A DNA stretch of 64,000 bases, from positions 352,001-416,000 of the forward strand of contig CALSNU010000001.1 in assembly GCA_943787795.1 (NCBI GenBank), read 5' to 3'. The notes beneath the pieces are model-generated. The model did not search any database. It saw only the letters and a program-made list of their open reading frames with translations, and was not told the origin of the DNA. The DNA is from an uncultured bacterium (GTDB lineage: Bacteria > Planctomycetota > UBA1135 > GCA-002686595). The translations under genes were made by a program, and so were the position numbers. Below are positions 1 through 10,496 of the stretch, in pieces (position 1 is the first letter of the stretch; each line of letters starts with the position of its first letter).

Positions 1-2
1 GG

Positions 3-44
3 ATCTGGCCCGAGGAGTTCGACCCGGGAAGGGGGATCCCTTGA
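3..44 (+). CDS. Possible 3' end of a gene entering from the left edge (partial)
   Basis: Frame 3 reads IWPEEFDPGRGIP* with GC-rich codon usage and a TGA at 42-44; too short to identify. Confidence 0.3.
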   Translation: MWPEEFDPGRGIP

Positions 45-100
45 GGAAAAGCCCGACAGGCGGAGCCCGGCAGCAGGCGCCTTACGGACGGAACCCGACA

Positions 101-156
101 GTTGGAGCCCAACCGTTGGAGCCCGGCAGTTGGAGCCCGGCAGTTGGAAGCGGGCA
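101..156. repeat. 14-bp tandem repeat x4 (GTTGGAGCCCGGCA)
   Basis: Units start at 101, 115, 129 and 143; two are identical and two degenerate. Confidence 0.85.
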
Positions 157-245
157 GGGTGAGCCCGCCGATGACGCTTCGGGGGAGCTGGCCCCTCGAC
201 GGATTCCAGGGAGCGGGTGCAGCTACCGGCCGGTGCCCGGAGGCC

Positions 246-1058
246 CTAGACCGGCTGCTCGACGACCTTCTGGATCCGGTCCAGGAGGTAGGTCTTCAGC
301 ATCCCCGTGCGAATGCACTCGGCTTCCAGGTAGCTCTTCTTGTGACGCTCGTAGAGCAAGCGCGGGAGGACCTGGAGGGGGGCGGGGGCTCCTGAGGTCC
401 CGCCGTACAGCAGCGTGACCTCATCCCCGTTGCGTACCGCCTCGGTCAGCGGGCGCAGCCTCGGCTTCATTCGAGCGGGGCCGGGCAGGAAGCCGGGGAC
501 GGTCACCGGGGTCCCGCAGTGGGTCAAGAGCTCCGCGGCGGACTCGGTCTCGGCTCGATCTGCGCACTCCTCGAGGACCTGCCAGCACCAGACGGCGTCG
601 GCGAGCGCTCGATGGTGCGTCCCGTCCTCGAGGTCCAGGTGCTGGCAAAGCGTCTCCAGCTTGTGATCCGGTGACTCTGGGATGAACTTGCGCGCCAGCT
701 TGAGGGTGCAGAGGAAGGGGGACGCCGAGAGGGCGACCTGGCTCCTCGCCTGCTCGAATCCGAACACGCGGGCATCGAAGCCCGCGTTGTGAGCGCAAAG
801 CCAGTCGTTGCCGGCCCAGTCCGCGAAGCGCTGAATGGCAGAGCTCGTCAGGGGCGCCGAGCGGATGTCCTCGTTGGTGATCCCGTGGATCTCGGTGGCC
901 TCGGGCTCGACCTCGATCGCCGGCGCCACGAGGGTCTCGAAGGAGTCGACCACCTCGCCGCCGACGACCCGCACCGCTCCAATCTCGAGGAGATGGGGAG
1001 CTCCGCTGAGGTTGGCGGTCTCCGTGTCGACGACGACGATGGGGCGATCGAGCGGCAT
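246..1058 (-). CDS. DEDDh 3'-5' exonuclease (DnaQ/epsilon-like) with C-terminal WYL-like domain
   Basis: ExoI DTET, ExoII HNAGFD, ExoIII HRALAD; C-terminus 'LTEAVRNGDEVTLLY...VLPRLLY...SYLEAEC...KTYLLDRI' fits the WYL pattern. Confidence 0.85.
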   Translation of the reverse strand: MPLDRPIVVVDTETANLSGAPHLLEIGAVRVVGGEVVDSFETLVAPAIEVEPEATEIHGITNEDIRSAPLTSSAIQRFADWAGNDWLCAHNAGFDARVFGFEQARSQVALSASPFLCTLKLARKFIPESPDHKLETLCQHLDLEDGTHHRALADAVWCWQVLEECADRAETESAAELLTHCGTPVTVPGFLPGPARMKPRLRPLTEAVRNGDEVTLLYGGTSGAPAPLQVLPRLLYERHKKSYLEAECIRTGMLKTYLLDRIQKVVEQPV

Positions 1059-1252
1059 GAGCGGTGGTAGCGAGGCAGGCTCGCCCGGCGCCAGGGTGGC
1101 GGTCGCGGCGAGGCGGGGACTCTAGTGGCCGGGGCCCGATCTCTCAACGTGCTGATTCGCCGCGTCCTGAGGGGGGTGGTGGGGCCCGTATCGTTTCGCG
1201 TTATGGGCGACGGGTCATTCTCGGGCGATCAAGAGCCGATAGACTCCCCGCG

Positions 1253-1675
1253 ATGGACCGCTCGTTTGAACATCACGATGCTCCCTTGCTCCTCTTCGAT
1301 GGGGAGTGCGGCCTGTGTTCCAGGGCGGTGCAGTTCATCCTCCGACGAGATCGGCGGCGTCGTATGCGGTTTGCTCCTCTTCAGACGGAGCTGGGGCGCG
1401 AGGTCATGGCCGTTCGAGGTCTCGATCCGTCCGATCTCACAACGATGGTCCTGCGCACGGAGCGTGGGGAGGTCCTGGTGCGGAGCGACGCAGCGCTCGC
1501 GGCGGCCGGCGACCTCACCTGGCCCTGGCGCTGGGCCGCGTCGCTGCGGTGGATCCCGAGGCCGATCCGGGACGCGGTCTACCGGCTCATCGCGCGGTAT
1601 CGGCACCGGATCTTCCGGCCGCCCGCGAGCTGCTTCATGCCGCAGCCCGAGGACGCTCACCGCTTCCTGGGGTGA
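1253..1675 (+). CDS. DCC1-like thiol-disulfide oxidoreductase (DUF393)
   Basis: LLFDGECGLC (DxxCxxC), FAPLQ, RDAVYRLIARYRH; ATG at 1253. Confidence 0.9.
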   Translation: MDRSFEHHDAPLLLFDGECGLCSRAVQFILRRDRRRRMRFAPLQTELGREVMAVRGLDPSDLTTMVLRTERGEVLVRSDAALAAAGDLTWPWRWAASLRWIPRPIRDAVYRLIARYRHRIFRPPASCFMPQPEDAHRFLG

Positions 1676-1684
1676 GCGTTGCCG

Positions 1685-3781
<2,097 letters not shown>

Positions 3782-3931
3782 CGGGGTGGGGGTGGGGCGC
3801 GGGTCGAGCCCGCCCAGACGATATAGGAACGACGGAGCCTTCCGACTACGGCATTCACCCTGGCCCTAAAGGTCGAGCGAGGAGGCCGGATTCCTGAACA
3901 GATGCGGACCGGAAGCGTCAACATTTCGGCC

Positions 3932-4702
3932 ATGTCACCCACAGGAGAGAGTCCCACCCCCCCCCGCGGCCGCGCAGCCGTGCTGGAGCCGTTCGAGCCC
4001 TGGGACTTCGAATCCCTGAGGCCACCGAGGAGCCGCTCCGCGGAATACAACGAGAAGCGGCTCGCAGCGCGTCGCCGTCTCGAGGCCATCGCCAAGGCGC
4101 TGACCAAGGCTTCCAGCGACGCGGCGAAGCTCGAGGTGAGGACCTCGATCCACAACCCGTTCCCGCCGGTCAACGGGGGCAGCGTGGAGCGGCTCTGGGC
4201 CTATCTCTCTCGTCCCAAGGCCCACAAGACCAAGCTCAAGCGGGAGCTCGGCGCTGACCTGGGCAAGGACCTCGATCAGGCGTACCGAAACGGATATCTT
4301 TGCGTCGCTCTCGAAGCAGATGCCCTTGAGGTGAGCTTTCGGATCCACCCCGATGCCTGGTTCGATGGGCGCAACCTGACGAGGAGGATCGATAAGGAGG
4401 GCCTGAGGCCGCTTCTCTCGCTCCTCAACGAGCTCGAGGGGTTCCGGCTGCAGCTCGCCGATTGGAAGGGCGAGTGGGTCTGCGGCGAGCTCGAGGTCGA
4501 GCGGCTCGAGGAGTTCCTTCGCTTCTACGAGCCCGGTGAGCATCTCTTGGCGGTCCAGCAACGGATGCCGGTACCGGAGTCCATGAGAGAGTCGCTCCTG
4601 ACACCGGAGTTGCCCGGCCATCTCGTCAGCGAGCTGTCGCGGCTGACCGCCCTGCGACATTATGTCTGCTGGGCGCCTGGGAACGACTTCCTGTTCAGCT
4701 GA
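3932..4702 (+). CDS. Hypothetical cytoplasmic protein
   Basis: Long ORF with genome-typical codon usage, divergent from the kinase; start could be 3902 or 3932. Confidence 0.7.
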   Translation: MSPTGESPTPPRGRAAVLEPFEPWDFESLRPPRSRSAEYNEKRLAARRRLEAIAKALTKASSDAAKLEVRTSIHNPFPPVNGGSVERLWAYLSRPKAHKTKLKRELGADLGKDLDQAYRNGYLCVALEADALEVSFRIHPDAWFDGRNLTRRIDKEGLRPLLSLLNELEGFRLQLADWKGEWVCGELEVERLEEFLRFYEPGEHLLAVQQRMPVPESMRESLLTPELPGHLVSELSRLTALRHYVCWAPGNDFLFS

Positions 4703-5016
4703 GGCTCATCCGGGGACAACTGTGTCCAGGGCCTTTCGGCATGGCCCTGTGGGAATGGCCGCAGGAAATTCTCTGCGAATCTCGGTCACGGTTGTGCGGC
4801 TTCCCGCCTGACATGCCATATTCGTCCAAGGTCAGGAGCAATCTTGATCGTTCTTTGACTCCGCATGGGACGAGCGTTGGCAGGCGCGACTCCCCAGCTT
4901 GGCAGGGCTGAACAGCGACCCGCAGGGTCGTGCGGAACGATGAACAGGCAGTGTTGGTGGGGGTCGTCACTCTTCGTGACGTCCCCCTCCTCTTCACCCC
5001 TTGCCAGGCACGGGGT

Positions 5017-5075
5017 CTCTGCAAGGGAGCGGGGAGGCTCTGCAAGGGAGCGGGGAGGCTCTGCAAGGGCGCGGG
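5017..5075. repeat. 21-bp tandem repeat x~2.8 (CTCTGCAAGGGAGCGGGGAGG)
   Basis: Units start at 5017, 5038 and 5059 (partial). Confidence 0.85.
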
Positions 5076-5214
5076 CCGTCCCGAACCCAGAGGTCTCCGC
5101 GGCCAGCTTGGATTGAGGGCGGGGTGGCCTCGCGGGGCCCCATCTCCACAGGGACTCAGGGATCCTGCGGGTCAAGCGCTCGTGATCCCGGGCCGACGAC
5201 CTACCCTCCGGGGC

Positions 5215-6630
5215 GTGAAGCGTGTCCTTTTTGGATTGATGCTGGTGGTCGCCGCTCTGCTGCTTCCGGATTGCAGCGGGCGGCGCCTGGGAGAGCTCGC
5301 GGCCGCGCCCCTGGGCGATCGAGACATGATCCTCGTGGTGGCTGACTCTTTCGATGGCAGCCACGCCGGCTTCGCGGGCTACGAGCTTGAGACGACCCCC
5401 TTTCTCGATGAGCTCGCGGCATCGGGCGCGTTCCTCGAGCGGGCGATCTCCCAGACCTCATGGACGCTCTCATCAGTGGTGAGCCTGTTCACCGGCGTCG
5501 AGCAAGAGACGCATGGGGTGATGCAGATCCAGGAGTCGCTGCCTGGGGAGGGACTCTCGACGCTCGGCGAGCTCTTCCAGCGGCGCGGCTACCGAACGGT
5601 GGGGCTGGTGCAGAACGCCGTGATCGCGGAGGGGACCGGACTCGGGAGGGGCTTCGATCGGTATGACTCCATGCCGTTCTCCGAGGAGGGCGCCGAGCGG
5701 CTGATCAAGGAGGTTCGAGCCCTCATGGCGTCAACGGAACGGGACCAGCCGCTGTTCCTCTACATCCACCTGGGGCCGCCGCACATGCCCTATCAACCGC
5801 CGGAGCCCTTCCGTTCACGCTTCTCGGGTGGGGCCCTTGATAGCCTGGTTGACGGTTCCATCCGCGATACCACCGACATCATGGTGGAGGGGAGCTCTCC
5901 TGGCCATCCGGATGTGGTCCGCCTCGTGGAGCTCTACGACGGCCACGTCGCCTACGCGGATTCGGTGATCCGACGCTCGGTCAGAGCCGTCGAAGCCGGA
6001 GACCGTCGCGAGCTCCCGGTGGTGCTCGTCACCTCGGACCACGGCGAGGCCTTCATGCAGCACGGAGCCGTCGGGCACAGCCTCTTCTGCTACGAGCCCA
6101 TGATCCGGATCCCGTGGATCCTCTCGGCGCCCGGCGTGCCGATCGACGGGCGCCGGGTCACCGGGACCGGGTCCCTGCTCGATGTCTTGCCGACCCTGGT
6201 CGAGCTCTTCGGGCTCCCGCGTCCCGACCAACCGATGTCCGGCGTCTCGCTCGTCCCGGAGCTACTGGAGGGAGGGCGCATCGAGGATCGACCGCTCCTG
6301 ATCTCCTCCCGGTACCCGCAGCCCGGGAAGGAGGCGCAGTTCGCCTTGGTCGAGGGTCCCTGGAAGCTCGTGGTGCGTCGGCGGGGTCAGTCGTCCCAGC
6401 TCTTCCATACGGCCGAGGATCCCGACGAGCTGACTGACGTCTTCGCCCTGCACCCGGCGCGAGCGGCTCGCATGGAGGCCGCCCTCGAGGCGCGCCGCGC
6501 CGAGTTCCGTGGCAGCGGACCCGCGGCGCGGCGGGAGCTCCCGGAGCATCTGCTGCGGGAGCTAGATGCCCTGGGATACGGGGGGCAGGAGGGGGACGGC
6601 GGTCAGCGTGGTTCCCTCAAGGGTCGTTGA
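5215..6630 (+). CDS. Exported sulfatase-like hydrolase/transferase (alkaline phosphatase superfamily)
   Basis: Signal peptide after GTG 5215; ILVVADS, TPFLD, SWTLSSVVSLFTG, PHMPY, TSDHGE, LLDVLPT, C-terminal LDALGY. Confidence 0.85.
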   Translation: MKRVLFGLMLVVAALLLPDCSGRRLGELAAAPLGDRDMILVVADSFDGSHAGFAGYELETTPFLDELAASGAFLERAISQTSWTLSSVVSLFTGVEQETHGVMQIQESLPGEGLSTLGELFQRRGYRTVGLVQNAVIAEGTGLGRGFDRYDSMPFSEEGAERLIKEVRALMASTERDQPLFLYIHLGPPHMPYQPPEPFRSRFSGGALDSLVDGSIRDTTDIMVEGSSPGHPDVVRLVELYDGHVAYADSVIRRSVRAVEAGDRRELPVVLVTSDHGEAFMQHGAVGHSLFCYEPMIRIPWILSAPGVPIDGRRVTGTGSLLDVLPTLVELFGLPRPDQPMSGVSLVPELLEGGRIEDRPLLISSRYPQPGKEAQFALVEGPWKLVVRRRGQSSQLFHTAEDPDELTDVFALHPARAARMEAALEARRAEFRGSGPAARRELPEHLLRELDALGYGGQEGDGGQRGSLKGR

Positions 6631-6653
6631 CCCGCCTCCCCCCGGCAGCACTC

Positions 6654-7370
6654 TCAGCTGGCGCGCTGCTCTGGAACCTGCAGCTCCTGACGCATGCGGT
6701 ACCCGACGGACCAGACGGTCTCGATGTGGTCGGAGTTGCCGTCGCTGTCGCCGAGCTTGGACCGGAGCCGGCGCACGTGGAGGTCCACGGTGCGCTCATC
6801 GCCGCGGAAGTCGTGGCCCCAGACATGGTCCAGGAGCTCAGCTCGCGTCCACGCGCGGCCCGGGTGGCGGAGCAGGAAGGAGAGGAGGTCAAACTCCCTC
6901 GGCTTCAGGCGCAGTATCCGCTCTCCGCGACCCGCCACGACGCGCTCCAGGTCCATCCAGAGGTCCAGGTGGCGCACGAACCCGCCGGTGGGCTTGCGTC
7001 CGGACCGGCGCAGGATGCTCCGGACCCGGGCGATGACCTCGCCGAGGTGATAGGGCTTGAGCACGTAGTCGTCGGCGCCAGCGTCGAGCCCGTCGATGCG
7101 GGCCTCGGGCTCCCGTCGTCCGCTCACGATGACGAGGGGAATCGAGCGGCCTGCCTTGCGCAGCTCGCGGCAGAGATCGATGCCGTCCCCGTCCGCGAGG
7201 GAGGGCTCCAGTACGATCGCGTCGAAGTGCCGCTCAAGGGCCTGGCGGGCGCTCTCAAGGTCCACGGCCGCCTCGGCGTCGTGGCCCTCTTTCCGGAGTG
7301 CGTCCATGAGTTCTGCGCGCTCGCGGGGATCTTCTTCCACCACCAGGACGCGGATGTTCGTCGTTACCAT
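6654..7370 (-). CDS. OmpR/PhoB-family response regulator (REC + winged helix), with Glu at the phosphoacceptor position
   Basis: GLDAGADDYVLKPY, REFDLL, RTVDLHVRRLRSKL, IETVWSVGY. Confidence 0.92.
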   Translation of the reverse strand: MVTTNIRVLVVEEDPRERAELMDALRKEGHDAEAAVDLESARQALERHFDAIVLEPSLADGDGIDLCRELRKAGRSIPLVIVSGRREPEARIDGLDAGADDYVLKPYHLGEVIARVRSILRRSGRKPTGGFVRHLDLWMDLERVVAGRGERILRLKPREFDLLSFLLRHPGRAWTRAELLDHVWGHDFRGDERTVDLHVRRLRSKLGDSDGNSDHIETVWSVGYRMRQELQVPEQRAS

Positions 7371-7502
7371 TTCAATTCTGGCCCCGGGAAGAGGGCTGCG
7401 AGAGTAGCTTGCGTGGCAGGCGTAAGCGTCACCGTGTAGGGGATGATACTTACCCCTGTAGGTATAAACTGGATCTGACTGTTCCCATCAAGTGTCCATC
7501 CG

Positions 7503-8084
7503 ATGAATCTGGAAACCCAATTTGAGACCGAGCCTGAGGGCCCCGAGAGCCCCGGTCTCGCGCTCTGGCAGAAGATCGCCCTCGCCTTCGCTCTGGTGAG
7601 CACCCTCGCGGGGTTGGCCCTCGGAGGATTCGGTTCCGAGCCGGCTGGCGTGAGCGCGGCGAGCCCGCAGAGCTCTCCATCGCAAGGCGCCGAGGCGCCG
7701 GGTCTCAAGGTGGACTCGTTCGCAGCTCAAGGGACCGATCCAGCAGCGCCTGCGGAGGAGCCCGAGGCCTCCGGCGTATGGGCCCCGCTGCTCGCCAAGG
7801 GGGGGCTGAGCTTCTTCCTCGCCTTCTGCGTGGGCTACGCCATGCGGGCCGCGCTGAAGATCCTCTTCCTCTCCGTGGGCCTCGCCACCCTGGCCGTCTT
7901 CGGGTTGCAGTACGCCGGCATCCTCAGTGAGGTCCAGTGGGACCGGTTGTCCGAGTTCTGGGAGGTCGGGGTGGCCGCGGCGAGGGAGCAGATGGATGGC
8001 CTGCAGGCCTTTGTCTCGGGCAAGCTGCCCTCCGCGGCTTCCGGTACGCTCGGACTCTTCACGGGCTTCCGCCGGACGAGCTGA
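7503..8084 (+). CDS. FUN14-like membrane protein
   Basis: 'GGLSFFLAFCVGYAMRAALKI...LQYAGIL..VQWDRL...GLFTGFR' pattern with several hydrophobic segments. Confidence 0.7.
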   Translation: MNLETQFETEPEGPESPGLALWQKIALAFALVSTLAGLALGGFGSEPAGVSAASPQSSPSQGAEAPGLKVDSFAAQGTDPAAPAEEPEASGVWAPLLAKGGLSFFLAFCVGYAMRAALKILFLSVGLATLAVFGLQYAGILSEVQWDRLSEFWEVGVAAAREQMDGLQAFVSGKLPSAASGTLGLFTGFRRTS

Positions 8085-8181
8085 GCAGCGCTCCCGGCGG
8101 GGTCCTCGACCCGGCCTGGGCGGGCGACCTCAGCGGGTCGTACCGGGTCCTGGCCCTCTCCGTTCCCCCGGGGTACCTCAA

Positions 8182-10062
8182 ATGCTCGCGCTCCTCTCGG
8201 CTCCCACCCTCCTCGGGTTCCCCGCCTTCCTGGGACTCCCCGCTCCTTTCGAGGCCGGGCACCCAGCGGCGAGCCCAGCAGCCTGCGCTTCGCAGGACGG
8301 GACCTCGATCCGGGCGGTGGTGACGTCTCCGGGGGGAGGCGCCGGCCTCGCGGCGAGCCTCAGGGCCGCCGGACTGGAGGTGCTGGGACGGTCGCCGCTG
8401 GATCGCGGAGGGGTGGAGGTCATCGTGACCCCCACGGAGCGTCGCTGGCTCGGGCTGCGCGGGCTCGATCTCGAGGTGCTGGAAGTGGGCCGCCCCTTTG
8501 CGGAGGTCATGGCCGAGCGGGCGGCGGCTGACGGAGTCCCCTCCGGCTACCTCGACTATCCCGCCGTCGTGGCAGAGCTCGCGGCCCTGGCGGCGAGTCA
8601 ACCTCAGCTCGCCGAGCTGGTGGACATCACGGCGCGCTATGGAACTCCTGCCACGGAAGAGGGGCGCCACCTCTACGCGCTGAAGATCTCGGACAACGTG
8701 GCGTCGGATGAGGATGAGCCCGCGTTCCTCCTCGTCTCGGCCCACCACGCCCGCGAGCTCGTCACCCCGGTCATCGCCCTTGACGCTGCAGCCAGGCTCC
8801 TCAGTGGCTATGGCACCGACCCCGAGGTGCGCGACGCGGTGGACGGCCATGAGATCTGGATCGCTCCGGTCTGGAATCCAGACGGCTACCAGCACGTCTT
8901 CACGGCGGACAACCTCTGGCGGAAGAACCGCCGACCCTTCTCCAGCGGGACGGGGGTCGACCTCAACCGCAACTATCCCGCGGGCTGGGCGTCGGGTTGC
9001 TCGGGCAGCACGAGTCCAGGGTCGGGCACCTTCAAGGGCCCCGCCGCGGCGTCGGAGGCCGAGACAGCGACGATGCTGGCGTGGACCGCAGACCGGCGCT
9101 TCGCGAAGGTGCTCGACCTCCACTCCCGGGGGAGGGAGACGCTCTGGGGATACGCCTGTCCGTCCTCGCCGGTGGACAGCCTGTGGCGATCCAAGGCGAT
9201 CGAACTGAGCCAGGCGGCGGGCTACGGCGCCACCGAGCGGCCTCCCAGCGCGGACGGTGAGCACTTCCAATGGCAGTTCGCGGCGCACGGCGCCATGTCG
9301 CTCCTGACAGAGACCCATGACCAGTTCCAGCCGTCGTACGCCTCGGCGGTCGCCGAGGCCGCGGCGGTCTGGGGCGGAGTGCTCTGGTTCCTCGGCGAGC
9401 CGCTGCCGCTCACGGGGCAGATCACAGACGCCTGCTCGGGCCATCCCCTGGAGGCGACCCTCACGGTTCAGGGGCTCGGATTCACCGAGGGCGAGGTGAT
9501 CCGCTCCTCGGCCGCGGCAGGCCGCTTCCACGGCTTCCTGCCGAGTGGGACTCACTCGTGCCTTGTCGAGGCGCCGGGCTTTCTCCCGGCCACCGTCTCG
9601 GTCCAGGTCCCCTCGATGGGGGGGGCGACGCTGGACGTTCAGTTGGACCCGGTGGGCGGGGGAGCTGTGAACTTCTGTCCGGCCACCCCGAACAGCCTCG
9701 GGCAGGTCCCGCTGCACTATCTCTCGGGGAGCGCCAGCGTCGGGCAGAATCAGTTCACGCTGTTCGTCGAGCGGCTCCCCGGGCTCCAGCCCCTGGTCTT
9801 CATGGCGGGGCAGAGCTTCATCCAGGCACCCTGCTTCAATGGTGTCCTGTGTCTCGGGCGCCCGAGCTATCCCCTCTCCCTTGGCGTTGCCGACATCTTC
9901 GGTACCGCCTCGGTGGTGGTGGACCTCTCCGCGCCGATCCACGCTCAGGTGATGTTCCTCGCGGGCTCCACATGGGGCTTCCAGGTCGCGTACCGCGACC
10001 CTCAGGCCGGCGGTGTTGGGCTCAACCTCAGCCCTGCGCTGCAGGTCCAGATCTGCCCCTGA
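8182..10062 (+). CDS. Secreted M14 zinc carboxypeptidase (carboxypeptidase T-like) with beta-sandwich domain and shared C-terminal domain
   Basis: HHARE (HxxE), NPDG, WRKNR, GVDLNRNY, DLHS motifs; GQITDA...VEAPGF regulatory-like domain. Confidence 0.9.
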   Translation: MLALLSAPTLLGFPAFLGLPAPFEAGHPAASPAACASQDGTSIRAVVTSPGGGAGLAASLRAAGLEVLGRSPLDRGGVEVIVTPTERRWLGLRGLDLEVLEVGRPFAEVMAERAAADGVPSGYLDYPAVVAELAALAASQPQLAELVDITARYGTPATEEGRHLYALKISDNVASDEDEPAFLLVSAHHARELVTPVIALDAAARLLSGYGTDPEVRDAVDGHEIWIAPVWNPDGYQHVFTADNLWRKNRRPFSSGTGVDLNRNYPAGWASGCSGSTSPGSGTFKGPAAASEAETATMLAWTADRRFAKVLDLHSRGRETLWGYACPSSPVDSLWRSKAIELSQAAGYGATERPPSADGEHFQWQFAAHGAMSLLTETHDQFQPSYASAVAEAAAVWGGVLWFLGEPLPLTGQITDACSGHPLEATLTVQGLGFTEGEVIRSSAAAGRFHGFLPSGTHSCLVEAPGFLPATVSVQVPSMGGATLDVQLDPVGGGAVNFCPATPNSLGQVPLHYLSGSASVGQNQFTLFVERLPGLQPLVFMAGQSFIQAPCFNGVLCLGRPSYPLSLGVADIFGTASVVVDLSAPIHAQVMFLAGSTWGFQVAYRDPQAGGVGLNLSPALQVQICP

Positions 10063-10078
10063 ACGCCCAGGGGCCGGG

Positions 10079-10170
10079 GCCCCCAACGGGGCCCCGTTGG
10101 GGGCTCTGTTGGGGGCTCTGTTGAGGCCCCTGTGGAGGCTCTGCCGGAACTCTGCCGGAACTCTGCCGGG
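10079..10170. repeat. Perfect 26-bp palindrome followed by 12-bp and 11-bp tandem repeats; probable terminator region
   Basis: GCCCCCAACGGGG|CCCCGTTGGGGGC at 10079-10104; GTTGGGGGCTCT x~4; CTCTGCCGGAA x3. Confidence 0.75.
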
Positions 10171-10496
10171 GAGGCGCCGATGGGGGGCAGCCCCCCAGCC
10201 ACTCCCCCGAACAGAGGCCAATTAGGTGTTCCGCGGCCTCCGCCCGCCGGGCGCTGGGGAGGGCCTCAGGTGAGGCGAGAGCACCACTGGGGGGGGTAAA
10301 GCCCCGGTCGCCGGCAGGATTGTAGAGAACTGGTATGGTCGATCTGTGCCGCAGAATAAGACGTCCTTGCGTCCTGCGATGAAGCGGCCCGACGCTCCCG
10401 TCACGGCTCCAGCCAGTTCGGGGGCGACGCTGAGCGCACCCTGAATGCGTTCAACCTCGTCGCTGTTTGTTCCTTCCTTGAACCACTTTCCTTCCC

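Noticed and set aside
246..1058. Calling the exonuclease dnaQ
   Set aside because: The C-terminus is WYL-like rather than the alpha-binding tail, and orthology cannot be established by eye
4703..5214. Lower-GC intergenic stretch as riboswitch or ncRNA, and the 4930 start for the sulfatase-like ORF
   Set aside because: No recognisable RNA motif; the N-terminal extension runs through a tandem repeat and precedes the signal peptide, so GTG 5215 is preferred
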